A stretch of 63,917 nt of DNA, the filler included, from Octopus bimaculoides (lineage: Eukaryota): assembly GCF_001194135.2 (NCBI RefSeq). It is 4 parts of 4 records of this genome, joined end to end, with 100 filler letters (N's around TTAATTAATTAA, not from the genome) between each part and the next. Parts side by side here need not be neighbours in the genome. Positions count along the whole stretch, not along the records: positions 1 to 29,127 come from NC_069004.1; 3 more parts are not named here. One strand, given 5' to 3'. The translations under genes were made by a program, and so were the position numbers. Position 1 is the stretch's first letter. Each line of letters begins with the position of its first letter. Below the pieces are notes generated by a model. It saw only the letters and a list, made by a program, of their open reading frames with translations. It ran no database searches and was not told the origin of the DNA. Shown one piece after another: positions 12,680 to 26,786 of the stretch.

Positions 12680-15315
12680 CCAAGGAGTTTTGAAGCGGAT
12701 TATCGAGAAACAATGTGGTGCATAAAAGGGATGAAATGTGGATAGGAACTATCAAGACAGAATTACAAGGAGGACAGAAACAAAGGAGTATTGTCATAAG
12801 CACGGGTGACAAGAAAGAACAAGAGGGACTCATGGTTTTTGGCTGAAGAGATGCCACGCGGTGCATGAATGACTGGCGGCCCAATTGAATGAGTGTGTCC
12901 AGAAAGGTACAGTCCCCACGTGGATGGTGACAGTGAGGATAACGAAAGATAGAAGAAAGGGGAATATTGTGGGAAACTATTGTGCCATAGCATGCCTAAA
13001 CATAATCTGGAAGATACTCACTGGAGTATGTGTGGCAAAGACATACACTTTCCTGGGACAGGAAGAAATACTACCAAGGTAACAAAAGGTATGTACCAAG
13101 GATCACCTGGTCATCGATAAAACAGTTTTAAGGCAGCGTAAAAAGCATCATGCAAACATGTCTGTGGCTAGTATGGACTTTAAGAAGGCTTATGATATGA
13201 AGCCTCTTTCTTCGATCGTTGAATGCCTACAGATGTTTGGTGTTGCTGAAATGACAAATTTTCCGATGCATAACATGAAAGAGTGGGAAACCAAATTGTA
13301 CTCAAGTAATGTATTTCTTGGAGAAGTTAATATTAAAAGGGGCATTTTCCAAGGTGACACGTTTTCTCTGTTACTGTTTGTAATTGCACTAATACCCATA
13401 ACAATAACACTTAAGAAAGTTAATAGGCGTAGGAGTGTCTGTGTGGTAAGTAGCTTGCTTATCAACCACATGGTCCCGGGTTCAGTCCCACTGCGTGGCA
13501 TCTTGGGCAAGTGTCTTCTACTATAGCCTCGGGCCGACCAAAGCCTTGTGAGTGGATTTGGTAGAAAGAAACTGAAAGAAGCCCGTCGTATATATGTATA
13601 AATATATATATGTATGTGTGTATGTGTTTGTGTGTCTGTGTTTGTCCCCCGAACATCGCTTGACAATCGATGCTGGTGTGTTTATGTCCCCGTAACTTAG
13701 CGGTTCGGCAAAAGAGACCGATAGAATAAGTACTAGGCTTCTAAAGAATAAGTCCTGGGGTCGATTTGCTCGACTAAAGGCGGTACTCCAGCATGGCCAC
13801 AGTCAAAAGACTGAAACAAGTAAAAGAGTAAAAGAGTAAAAGAGTAAAAGAGTATGGGTTACCGATGTGGAAAGAAAGGCCCATCATTGAACCATCTGTT
13901 TATGGATGACATGAAATTGTTTGGGAAATCTGAAAAACAGATAGATTCCTTAACCAAAACAGTCCAGATGTGTGGTAGGGACATCGGTATGGAATTTGGT
14001 ATTACGAAATGCTCAGTACTTAATATGGAAAGAGGGAAGAAAGCATCCTGTAGAGGATTGCGGTTACCATCAGAAGAGACAGTGGGTGAACCCGACGATA
14101 GCGGGTATAGATATTTAGGGATTATGGAGCTGGATGACATTCTACACAGAGAAATGAAAGTCAAGGTTAGTGAGGCGTATCAAAAAAGGGTGAAGATGGT
14201 GTTGAAATCCAACTTCAATGCCAAAAATTTGATTACCGCAGTGAATATCTGAGCAGTTGCGGTGGCCAGATATAGTGCGTCCATCCACAAATGGACTAAG
14301 GAGGAAATATCAACACTGGATAGAAGGACGAGAAAGTTGATGACGCTGCATCGGGCGCTACACTCTAAAGCAAACGTAAACAGACTGCATATGAAAAGAA
14401 AGAATGGTGGCAGAGGACTAATTAGTATAGACCATTGTATAAGAAGTGAAAGGAGAACGCTTGCCGAGTTTATAGTGATGAAGGCTTGCTGCAATATGCC
14501 GCGAAAGATATGGGTGTAAATGCAAATGAAATGATAAGCAAGGAATAGGTTTACCAAAGAGCTGAGAAGAAGAGAAAAGAAAACCTTCTTGAAATGAGAA
14601 TGCGTGGACAGTTTGAAAGGAATACATAAAACGTTAAGGATAATACAACATCCTGGGCATGGCTTGAGCAAGGTGATTTGAAGCGTACCACCGAAAGCCT
14701 GATCATTTCTGAACAATACCAGGCTCTTGCTACCAATTCCGTGAAGTATAACATCTATAAAACTTCTGACACCCAGAAATACAGACTCTGTGGAAAGAGT
14801 GTGGAAAATGTGACCCACTTGGTAAGTGGATGCGAGAGCCTTGCACAAAAACAATACAAACGCCGCCACGATAAAATGCGTGTGTATCTTCTTTGTCTCT
14901 TACGCCGTAAATACCAATATGAAGTAACAGAGAACTGGTATGAGAATGTACCCAGTAAAGTTATGCAGCAGGATGGAAAAGTAACAATACTGAATGTCGT
15001 GTGTAAAGAGGTTGAAAAAAATCAACAAGTACTCCGAATTGAAAATGGAAATAGCAAGACTGTATTGAAAGCCAGGTGGTAATGGAAAAGTGATACCAGT
15101 AGTAATGGGAGCGTTGGGCTCAATCCCATTGAAACTTCGTATGGCAACTAGAAATCCCACCGAAGATTGATGTCTTGCAAAATCCCACACAAGATTGATG
15201 GCTTACAAAATGCAGCCTTATTGGGCACAACGCACATCTTAAGGTAAGTATTATCTGTTTGAGGTTCTTGCTGTGACTTGGCAGATGACTAAAGACTCCG
15301 GTGCATCATCTTAAC
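12680..15315 (+). mobile_element. R4/Dong LINE remnant (RT, CCHC, partial REL), interrupted by a SINE
   Basis: GFWLKR, KGNIVGNY..IACL, DFKKAYD, RGIFQGD, LNHLFMDDMKLF, RLCGKSVENVTHLVSGC, VIPVVMGALG; 3' UTR similar to 11925-11990. Confidence 0.92.
13425..13853 (+). mobile_element. SINE family A, full length, inserted in the Dong RT
   Basis: Removing it restores ...KKVN|MGYRCG... in frame; shows head, CORE-like box, TA/TG tract and (AAAAGAGT)4 tail. Confidence 0.92.
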
Positions 15316-16071
15316 TAGGGTTCGCGTCCGAGCCTTCCATGCTAACCACGGCGCCCTGCTACTCGACCAGGCAGCAGATAGTTTCTTCGCCAGCGATTGA
15401 ACTACCAAACTTTTAGGCCCAATTACGCTTGCACATTACCTCACGGACCCTTCCGGGGAAAGACATGCAGTGCCAATATGGTTGACAGGCTCAGAAATGT
15501 AGGTGTGCCATGATTTCAAACACAAATAAAAGATCCCTAAAATGTTCAATACCATTCCCTGTATATCTGGTTTTATATCAGAGTAACCTTCTCCTGGAGA
15601 TACGCTTTTAACAAAAGATAAGGAGTGCCTCACTCCCAGTGGTCTTCCATCACACCGGACACCAACCTGGAATTTTTGAGGGCCTGCACTATTGCTAGGT
15701 ATTTGTTGAACCTACACTAGGTCCATCCGTCCTTTTGACAGGTCTTGTGTATACTCCCGTTGGGTTTCTGACAATCCTTCTCATCTGGCAAGCCTAGTGT
15801 GAGTGCCAGTTTAGTCGCCGGTGACCCGACCATGCAGCAGTTTGTACTGAGCGCCCGTTACCAATTGCACTGATAGAAACCTCACTAGTGACCTGTCATC
15901 CATCCATACATACGTCCATGCATTCATACATACAAGATGCCTGTACCAATTAAAAGCGGGAGAACCTTTCGAGATTTAAAAGATGTTGAACAAAAGAAGA
16001 TTGCTTTCTTTGAAAGCCTTGCTACGAAGTAGGTGGCCGGTCAAAACTAGCGCTAAATTAAAAAGAGTAAA

Positions 16072-16074
<3 letters not shown>

Positions 16075-16145
<71 letters not shown>

Positions 16146-16426
16146 TACAAACATACACATCCAGTTGCTCACACACACGTACACATATATGTGAGTGTGT
16201 GTATATATTTATGTATATATAAATATATACATATATGTGTGTATATGCCTGGTATATATATATTTACATATATATAAGTCATCTAAGTTTTATATATATA
16301 TATTTATACACACACAAACATATATATATACATACACTCGCACACACATACACACACACACACATGTATACATACATACACATACAAATACAGACACACG
16401 CGTACATACACGTATACATATATATA

Positions 16427-16473
<47 letters not shown>

Positions 16474-18266
16474 CTGTGTATATATATGTCTATATGTACG
16501 TATATATAGATGTGTGTGTGCGCGTGCGTGCGTGTGTATGTATGTGTATTTACACACACACACACGAATCACACATGAGTGTCCATGCATTCCACAATAA
16601 AAACCTTGAGTGGGAAAATTCTGTTACTCTGCCTTTCAAGAGAGGAAAACTAATTATGGTCCTTCCTTCGCCTCTCCTTCCCTTTCATTTCCATTCATTC
16701 ATTCATTCATTCATTCATTCATTCATTCGCTAATTCGCTCGTTCGTTCATTTGCTTATTCGCTCATTCACGCATTCTCTCATTCGTTCATTCTTTTAGTC
16801 ATTCATCCATTCATGGATTGACTACTTCTGACGTTCAGGCAAAGCTATATTCCAAGTACATGCAGAAACCCACATACATACAGACGCTTAAACACAACCA
16901 ACACACACACACGCACACAAACGCACACACAGGTACACACACACAGGTACACACACACAGGTACAAACACACAGAGGTACACACACACACACACACAGTC
17001 ACTCACATATTAACATACAGACATACACAAATGCACGCACAACACAGACACTGAGAATCGAGGAGACCTCGCTGTTACACAGTCATACTTACGCATAAAC
17101 ACACGTAAACAAACGGATACACACTCACACATTCACATAGACACACATGCACACAGAGACGCATGCACACATTCACAGAGACACACACTAACAGACGCAC
17201 ATTCAGACTTTAGTGCAAATATTCCAATTGCATACACGCAAATGCAAACATTGATACATACATCTGCGCATGTGTGAAGATAGACACATGCAGAGATTCT
17301 TTCAAGCCTTTCCTCATACACAAACGAAAACCAGACACACATATATATACATATGTTGATAGACGCTTACAGACACATACACACATAACAAGACATGCGC
17401 ACATACATACTTATAGACATACAATCAAACACTCATACTCGGTGAAACACAAAAACGCACGCAGTTACTTGAACACGTATAGGTACACATACACACACAT
17501 ATATACGTTATGCAATCTCAAGTACAGTAAGCCATGCCCATGCATATGCACCACACGTGCACATTCGGCCCCATGCAGCCACTCACACATTCATTCACAC
17601 ACACACACACACATACACACAAACACACATACACACAGCCACGCATACATATCCATCGACACAGTCATACGCACATATTCTTTCAGTCATAACCAAAGTC
17701 AGTCACACACACACAGACACACACACATACATTCACATAGATAACGTGCACATGCACATAGATACACTGACACAGTCATACATATACATATACACACATA
17801 TATACATACATCCACATACACACGCATACACACATACACAGACATGCACAGAAACACACATGTATACACATATAAAGGTACACCTGCAGAATGACAGGTA
17901 CACACACATACCTCTATACACATACGCATATTTATATATACATTCAGAAATGCTTATATACATACGCATAGATACAATCAAAGATACATACACATATACA
18001 TATACAGTCAAATACAGTGACAGATATATATATATATATATATATACACACATCCATTTACAGAGGCAGACAGTTTCTTATACGCACACGCAAACACACA
18101 TACACATAAAAACATATATGCATAATGGCACTATATACACACACACAGCTGCCCTATGTCTATATACACACACACCACACAAATGCACACATGGATACCC
18201 AGACGCATACGTACACAAGCAAATGCACACGAATATACACATAGAAACACATGCACACACTGATCC

Positions 18267-18314
<48 letters not shown>

Positions 18315-18570
18315 GTACAGACAGTTTCACATATCTACACGCTCATTTATGTACACATACACATTTATGGACTCAAAACTCCTGATACGCAAACCCATAC
18401 ACGAAAGAATTCAGATACACATACAAATATAAACACATGCACACCACACACACACACACATACACACACAGACGCATATGCACAAGACCTGAACCTCCAC
18501 GGAGTAAAGAGCCAATAACCACATAAACCATAACATTTACTCCATCACACACACACACACACAAATTACA
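16075..18570. repeat. Long CA-rich low-complexity field including (CA)n, (TTCA)n at 16690-16815 and degenerate CAYA repeats
   Basis: Direct inspection. Confidence 0.9.
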
Positions 18571-18934
18571 GCAAAATATAAACAACAATACTATTTTATA
18601 TATATATATATATTTTTAGATTTTCTATTTGTGTTCTCTATCAACGCTGAGGTCATGATGGAGCGCCCTCTTGGAGCAGAAAATAAATATATGAATAAAA
18701 TAAATAAAACAGAAAATAATAAAGAATATATATAATGGCCAATTTTTAAATACTAGCATATGAAATGAAGTGGCATGATTACATAATAGATGTGTCCAAT
18801 AATATTAACCTGTTAATAACTAGTTATGTAATAAGATAGGAAAGACAGACGATTGCAACTCGAAAAACATGAGACAACAACATCCATGGCTAATTTGAAA
18901 ATGACGTACGCAGCCATACAATCAAAGTGCTTTT

Positions 18935-19550
18935 GTTTTGTCTTTAGTCATTGGATGGCGGCCGTTCTGGAACATCGCTCTGCAAAGGTCGTTCTAGTCG
19001 AACAAAGAGTAACCCCGGTGCTAATTTTTTTGTTTTTTTTAAAGTGTGGTGGTACTTTGGTACTTACTGTACCAGCTTCTTTTGCCGAACTGCTGAGTTA
19101 CAGGGATGTAAACAAACCAACAGCGGTTCCCGAGCAGGGGAGAAACACAAAGTCGCGCGCGCGCGCAAATATATATTTTCCATTTGTTTCGAGAATTAAA
19201 CTGTGGCCATGCTGGGGCATCATCTAGAAGTGTTTCAGTGTAATAAATTGAACCCAGTACTTGGTTTCTTAAAGTATGGTACTTATTCTATCGGTTTCTT
19301 TTTGCCGAAGCGCTACGTTACATTGATGCTAACAAAACTGGTTGTCAAGCGGTGTGGTGTGTGGGACAGACACAGACATATACAGACACATATATATGAC
19401 ACGCTTCCACACAGTTTCCACCCATCAAATTCACTCACAAAACATTGGTCATCCCGAAGCTATAGTAGAAGAGATATGTCCAAGGTTCCGCACACCAAAT
19501 TCGAATCCAAGTAGTTGTAAAGTTTCATAGCCACACTGAAATACCTGAGC
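18935..19550 (-). mobile_element. Two decayed SINE family A pieces
   Basis: ggccatgctgg..., ggtacttattctatcggt and aaattcactcacaa similar to family A. Confidence 0.65.
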
Positions 19551-19689
19551 CTATAATGAAATATGGAATACAGAATACCTGGCTGTAAAACCACGTGATC
19601 ATGTGATCGAGTAGAAAATCGGACTTTGCCACACATCGCTAGTCATAATGCTCAATGCTCTTTGCTTCGTTTTAGCTTTCGAATAATGC

Positions 19690-20220
19690 TACCGCTGGCT
19701 AGGCGAGCAGGTCAACATTACCACCGATCGAGAGATTAGCCCTTCACAGAATTAGCCATTTACAGCAGAGTGAACTGGAGCAACGTGAAATGAAGGGTTC
19801 TGCTCAAGAACACAACGTACCGCCCTATCTGAGTATCGAACCCATGACCTCTAGATCGTGAGTGGCACCACTAGACCATGCGCCTATGTAACAAAATAAA
19901 AGAAAAATGCAATATCTAACTACATAATAAAGTATAAAATCATACACTACCCGACGATATAATAAGCAATACCAAACACTAGGACACGCCTATGCCTCAC
20001 CAGTCCAGAAACTCCCACCTGTTTGTTTTTTCAGACAGGTCCACCTCCCGTCTCTGGCATGCCAGGTCTGTCCCGGCTTCACCATTTTTGCTAGCTGAGT
20101 GAACTGGAGCAACGTGAAAGGAGGTGTTTTGCTCAAGAACACAACGCGTCGCCCGGTCCAGGAATCGAAACCATACTCTTACGATCATGAGTCCAACACA
20201 CCACTAAGCCATGCGCCTGC
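19690..20220 (-). mobile_element. Two SINE family C copies
   Basis: Repeated gagtgaactggagcaacgtgaaa...gctcaagaacacaacg and heads ending in ccatgcgcct. Confidence 0.7.
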
Positions 20221-20269
20221 AGCGACGGTATATAAAATCTGAATTACTACAATACTCGACTAAATAATG

Positions 20270-20690
20270 GTTTCAAATTTGGGTACGAGACTATCAATTT
20301 CGGGGAAGGGGTTAAGTCGATCACCTCGCTCCAGTATGCAACAGATAGATCTTTTTTTCCATTCCGAAAGCCATGAAAGACAAAGTCGAGCTCAGTGGAA
20401 TTTGAGTTCTGAACGTGAGGACAGACGAAATGTTGCAAAGCATTTTGGCCGGCGTGCTAAACGATTCTCCTGGTTCGACGCCTGACGATGATGATTTCAA
20501 AATTTATCAGAAGTCTAGCAATTTCTAGGAAGAGGTTCAATCGGTTACATCAAATCTGTTGCTCAAATGGTAGTTGTTTTATTGACCCCGGAAAGATGAA
20601 AGGCAAAGTCGACCGCGGAATTTAAACTCAAGACGTACAGACAGACAAAATACCGTAGTTCTAACTATTCTGCCATCTTGCCGACTTTCG
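20270..20690 (-). mobile_element. Two decayed SINE family B copies
   Basis: gaaaggcaaagtcgac and gctaaacgattct motifs. Confidence 0.65.
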
Positions 20691-21549
20691 TCGCTTTAAG
20701 ATAAGGAAATATTAAACCGGGAAGGGAAACGTAACGCAAAATCCGGTAAGTAATGTTATGTAGTTAGTTTATTTGTCTCTGGTAAAACATTGTTCTTTGA
20801 CCGCCACCATCACTACCATTATCAACACTACTATTTCTCTATCATTGCGACCACCACCGTTCATCAAATCCACTGAAAAAGACTTTGGTCGGCCGAAGTG
20901 TCTAGTAGAATATACTAGCCCAAAGTGCCATGTAGTGGGACTGAACCCAAAGCCATGTAGTTGGAAGGCAAGCTTCTTACCATACAACCACATGCGCATA
21001 TTATTCAAGATATTTTTCTAGTTCTCAGCCAAATGTAAAAGCTACATTCTCAAGCCTTTCCTATTTTCTTTGCGCAGCTAGAGTTTTCCTCGTCTTACCA
21101 CTAATAATGCACTTTTAAACTCATCAAATTCCGTTCCAACTCCTGCCAAATATTTGGTAATAAAATCGTCTTGCTTTTCTGATGTAGTTAATCCTTTATC
21201 TATTATCTTTCACTTGATTCATTCATTGGTTTGTGGCCATGCTGGGGCACCGCCTTGACCCAAACAACCCTTGGTTATCTTTAAAGAAAAGATAAAAGAT
21301 TCTTCTTGATTCAACGTAACTATATAAGTACATAGATTTCTTTTATGAGCAAATACTATAACAGGTTTAATAAGACGTCAAAAAGCAGTACTGACAAGCC
21401 ATCGCCCTGCAGGATGCCTTTTTAAGTATTTTGTGGTATTAGATTTGGTTTGTTTGTTATGACCGCTGAGATCTAAACTGGTGTCCGTACCAAGTCCTGG
21501 TCAAACTTTCAATGAGAATCACCAGTGGTTCTTTATCTTTTAATTATTT

Positions 21550-21808
21550 CAGTCATTAGACTGCGGCCATGTTGGGACTCCGTGTGGAAGATCTTTTAGC
21601 CGAATGAATCGACCTCTGTACATTTTTCTTTCTTTTAAACCTTGGTACTTATTTTATCGGTTTCTTTTGCAGAACCGTTAAGTCACGGGGACATAAACGC
21701 ACCATCACTGGTTGTCAAGAGGTAATGGTGGTGGGACAAACAAGGAAAAACACAAACACACACATACACAAACGTGCGCATATATATACATATACATATA
21801 TATGTATG

Positions 21809-21849
<41 letters not shown>

Positions 21850-22836
21850 GCATATATATATATATATANNNNNNNNNNNNNNNNNNNNNNNNNNNNNNNN
21901 NNNNNNNNNNNNNNNNNNNNNNNNNNNNNNNNNNNNNNNNNNNNNNNNNNNNNNNNNNNNNNNNNNNNNNNNNNNNNNNNNNNNNNNNNNNNNNNNNNNN
22001 NNNNNNNNNNNNNNNNNNNNNNNNNNNNNNNNNNNNNNNNNNNNNNNNNNNNNNNNNNNNNNNNNNNNNNNNNNNNNNNNNNNNNNNNNNNNNNNNNNNN
22101 NNNNNNNNNNNNNNNNNNNNNNNNNNNNNNNNNNNNNNNNNNNNNNNNNNNNNNNNNNNNNNNNNNNNNNNNNNNNNNNNNNNNNNNNNNNNNNNNNNNN
22201 NNNNNNNNNNNNNNNNNNNNNNNNNNNNNNNNNNNNNNNNNNNNNNNNNNNNNNNNNNNNNNNNNNNNNNNNNNNNNNNNNNNNNNNNNNNNNNNNNNNN
22301 NNNNNNNNNNNNNNNNNNNNNNNNNNNNNNNNNNNNNNNNNNNNNNNNNNNNNNNNNNNNNNNNNNNNNNNNNNNNNNNNNNNNNNNNNNNNNNNNNNNN
22401 NNNNNNNNNNNNNNNNNNNNNNNNNNNNNNNNNNNNNNNNNNNNNNNNNNNNNNNNNNNNNNNNNNNNNNNNNNNNNNNNNNNNNNNNNNNNNNNNNNNN
22501 NNNNNNNNNNNNNNNNNNNNNNNNNNNNNNNNNNNNNNNNNNNNNNNNNNNNNNNNNNNNNNNNNNNNNNNNNNNNNNNNNNNNNNNNNNNNNNNNNNNN
22601 NNNNNNNNNNNNNNNNNNNNNNNNNNNNNNNNNNNNNNNNNNNNNNNNNNNNNNNNNNNNNNNNNNNNNNNNNNNNNNNNNNNNNNNNNNNNNNNNNNNN
22701 NNNNNNNNNNNNNNNNNNNNNNNNNNNNNNNNNNNNNNNNNNNNNNNNNNNNNNNNNNNNNNNNNNNNNNNNNNNNNNNNNNNNNNNNNNNNNNNNNNNN
22801 NNNNNNNNNNNNNNNNNNACACACACACACACACAC

Positions 22837-22877
<41 letters not shown>

Positions 22878-23045
22878 CATACATATACGACAGCCTTATT
22901 TCAGTTTCAGTCTACCAAATCCACTCACAAGGCTTTGGCCAGCCTGAGACTATAGTAGAAGACACCTGCCCAAGGTTCCACGCAGTGGGACTGAGCCTGG
23001 AACCATGTAGTTGGGAAGTAAACTTCTCACCACATAGCCACGCCT
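21550..23045 (-). mobile_element. SINE family A split by an approximately 950-N gap in its internal microsatellite
   Basis: 3' half at about 21550-21780, 5' half at about 22885-23045. Confidence 0.75.
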
Positions 23046-23379
23046 GTTCAGATGCTAAATATTGGTGGTGGGACAATGATCCTCTATGAAGAAATTGCAG
23101 TACCCAGTATATACCTTATAAATGATGTTTTGGCAGGATATTGGGCCCGTGTGATTTGGTTATGGTTTGGAATAAGTGATTACGTGTTGTGAGTGGAAGG
23201 ACTTAGCACAAGGGATGCTGGAGCCCCTAACAGACTGACTATCGGTGCCCTTACATGTAAAATATTTAAAACTTTTCACAAGGATTAATACATGTAAATA
23301 CAGCAATACCGTGTTTATTGGAATATGTTCAATATGGAACTAAAGTGTTTGTTTCATTTATTATTTTCATTTTACCCCT

Positions 23380-23760
23380 TTATTTCAAAAATCTCAAATG
23401 CAAGATCTGGTGGCCCCACAGATGTAGTCCAAGGGTGTCTGCGTAAGTTGCCAGACGTTTCAGCGGGACCGAGGCAGTTGACAGCCATTTTACCCAGTTT
23501 GTACTTTTTCTATACAGTGTAATCAAATCTTGGAAATAAGAGGTGAAATTCTGAAACCAATATTCTGCTGCAATATCTAGGCTTACGAATTTTCCATTTG
23601 CTATTTCGTTGAGATACTTTCCAATACTGTGCCATTAATTCTATATTATTTATGTTCAACATATTTATATTAGCCCTGATTTAGCTCTTCTATCGTTACA
23701 GCTTCCTCAATGTCTTCTTCATATGGACGTCAAGTCGCTTAGACACAGTTTTTCTGATAT
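23380..23760 (-). mobile_element. Possible L1/Tx1-like RT fragment
   Basis: Minus readings VTIEELNQ, FVSLDI and LY....VK..S..VPLKR resemble RT subdomains only weakly. Confidence 0.3.
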
Positions 23761-23899
23761 ATTTCTTTTACAAAGATTGCGTTGTTTACGATAAAACTAA
23801 AACGCACAAATTTAGGATTTCTGACAAACAAACTGTTCAGTATTTGGCGTTATAAGGGTAGATTTATTATATTATTATCCCGTTATATTATGTCGATTG

Positions 23900-24600
23900 T
23901 GATCTCGGGGACAGAAATCTGAACAATATACAGAGTAATGAAAAAGAAAATAGCTGACGTTGATACGTGGATCTTTTGCAGATTGAGAAGAATAAGCTTG
24001 AAAGATACTGTAATGTTGGCACTCCGTCGCTTACGACGTCAAGGGTTCCAGTTGATCCGATCAACAGAACAACCTGCTCATGAAATTAACGTGCAAGTGG
24101 CTGAGCACTCCACAGACACATGTACCCTTAACGTAGTTCTCGGAGATATTCAGCGTGACACAGTGTGACAAGGCTGACCCTTTGTATTACAGGCACAACA
24201 GAAACAGGAAGTAAGAGTGAGAGAAAGTTGTGGTGAAAGAGTACAGCAGGGTTCGCCACCATCCCCTGCCGGTGCCTCGTGGAGCTTTAAGTGTTTTCGC
24301 TCAATAAACACTCACAACGCCCGGTCTGGGAATCGAAACCGCGATCCTATGACCGCGAGTCCGCTGCCCTAACCACTGGGCCATTGCGCCTCACACTGTA
24401 ATGAACGCTGGAGCATTAGGAAAGCTGACAGTCCAATGACACAATGTCGAAAATCAAGTCCGCGAAGTTATCATATTTTGGTGATACAATGCGCCACAAA
24501 TCATTGCCTAAGACCATCCCGACAGGAAGTGTTGTGTATAAGAGAGCAGAGATGTTTGTGGATTGATGACATCAAAGAATGGTCTAAAAACAAGAGCTTG
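23900..24600 (+). mobile_element. RTE-clade LINE 3' fragment interrupted by a SINE
   Basis: KKIADVDTWIFCRLRRIS, then KLSYFGDTMRHKSLPKTI and WIDDIKEW. Confidence 0.7.
24016..24394 (-). mobile_element. tRNA-derived SINE family D with 9-bp TSD
   Basis: Head gaggcgcaatggcccagtggttaggg...ggtttcgattcccag; TSD actgtaatg at 24007-24015 and 24395-24403. Confidence 0.9.
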
Positions 24601-26214
24601 GCTGATTGTATGCATTCAGTCCAACACAGAAGGAACTAGGGAGTCTTGGCAAGCCGACATCTGGATGCAGGGAGGGAAGGAGGACACCGGACGGATGTGG
24701 GGTAGATTTATATGTTTATTCCTCTGTTCTGACTGTGATTTTTATGCTTTCAAATCATGTGGGCCCCAAACTACTTTTCCAATATCTACTTCATATTATT
24801 TCAGTGTTTTGTGAAAGTATTGTTTGTATCACGTTTCATATCCACTAGAGTCCGTGAGATATTGTCTTATAGAAATAAATTTCTATATTTTAAGTTACCG
24901 GCCTGACTTTAGCACAGGATGTTTGCTTCTTTCTTGATTGTGTGGATTCAGACTGTTACGACGAGATAGTAATGTGTATGTTGCCGGATACACCACATGT
25001 TTTAGAGTTCCACGTTCTATTTATATGCTTCTTAAATAGATATCTTCTGATTTTATTCCTGACTCATTTACTACATCCGGTTCTAAATGGAAAAAATCTT
25101 ATATTTCTTTTCTGTGGAATAAGCTTGCAGAATTGTTAGCATGCTGGAAAAAATGCTTAGCAGCATTTTTTCCGGCATTACGTTCTGCGATCGGATGTTG
25201 CTGAAATCAACTTTACCTCAGGGGAGCTCCCCTTCCCCTCGAAATTCTTGGTCCTAAGCCAAAATTAGAAAGGATGTATCTTTTCAATAGCCTGTCCTTC
25301 AGGTCAATATTTTGTAATTGTTGCAGCAAATAAGCCATTATTAGATGTAATCACTTAGTTAAAGTATGATTTATTAAATGTCACTTGACAAACTATTCTC
25401 AAATTATTGAAATTTCTTCTCTTAGATAGAGACAGAAAACAAGGACCTATTGAAATTGTTTGCACCATTTGGGGAAATCTGGAGATAATATTTACAGATT
25501 TATAAAATCTGAAAAGTAATTTATATGTTTGGAGTGTGATTTCGATTGTATTTACTAGCAAGGGAGACAAATATTGACATGTTTCGATATTATTTTACAT
25601 CGTCAGTTTGGTATGGTTTATTTTTGTTTTTCACTTGCAACCACATTTATGTGTGTGCTTACATGTATGTCTACATATCTGGGTCTATGGATATGTGAAT
25701 GTTAACAATCAGTTTCATTTCTGTATTTCTTGTCAGTAGAGAAAGAGGCGGACTCTAACATAGATTCAAGGTTCCGTTTGTATGTATTTATGTATGTATT
25801 TATTCACGTAGTTATTTATGTACGTAAAGATGTATGTATACATATAATTATGTAGGCAAGTATGCATGTATACATGTATGTATGTATGCACAAGTGGATG
25901 TGACTCTGTGCATCAGTATGTTTTCATATTTATGCCTTTGTATATGAGCGATTATTACAAGCTAAACTTCTTTAATATTTTAAATATTTTCACAGTTCCA
26001 CCAACGTCTTGGAGATGGAGTTTCTTAATTAGTTTTGTCTTCTAGTTTTATGAAGTCCATTTTCTCAAGATGTTTACTGCAGCAATTAGTAAAATATTCA
26101 ATTACGCTAATAATTACAGGTATAAATCTAAAATTATATTCCGGTTAGAGTCTCTGCGGATCTCTCATTAGTTTGCCATAGGTGCTTTCTGTTTGGAAAT
26201 TCGTTAACATTATA

Positions 26215-26295
<81 letters not shown>

Positions 26296-26622
26296 CGTAC
26301 ATACATACACGTATAGTCGTCACTAAAGAGACGGGAGGTGGTAGTAAGCATCAATAGCATTGTTAGAAATAAGACCCAAAACAATTCTTAGTCATGTGAG
26401 AGTACTTTTCTAACGACTAACAAAAGAAACACGCCCCCTTCCGCCGGCAAGTGAGATGGCGCCATATCAGCGCTGATTTCAGATCTGATTAATCTTCATT
26501 AGTGACCCACTACTCAGTCGCCGAGGGTTAAAGAACCTAATGCATCTTGTCAGTTTCATTCAGAACAAAATAGGAAACTGACTGATTTCGAAAATGGTGA
26601 AGTGAATATTTTAAATTATTAA

Positions 26623-26786
26623 GGTGGCTGTTCGCAATTGACAATCAATAGGCAACGAGTATAGTCGTCAGGTATAAAGTATAAAGTGACGTAGGGTGGT
26701 AGTGAGCACCAGCATTGCTAGAAAGAAGAGTGAAAACAAGTCTTTGACACTTGTTGCCTTGCGGTTGTAAATTGCGAACAGCCACC
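26623..26786. mobile_element. 164-bp MITE, TTAA flanks, GG...CC termini (Kolobok-like)
   Basis: TIR ggtggctgttcgcaattgacaa versus reverse complement of the right end ggtggctgttcgcaatttacaa; TTAA at 26619-26622 and 26787-26790. Confidence 0.75.

Noticed and set aside
21683-23089. About 400-aa ORFs
   Set aside because: Almost entirely N gap.
26446-26463. agatggcgcc as a CTCF/YY1 site
   Set aside because: Only the 3' half of the CTCF consensus matches; a single short motif is not supportable.
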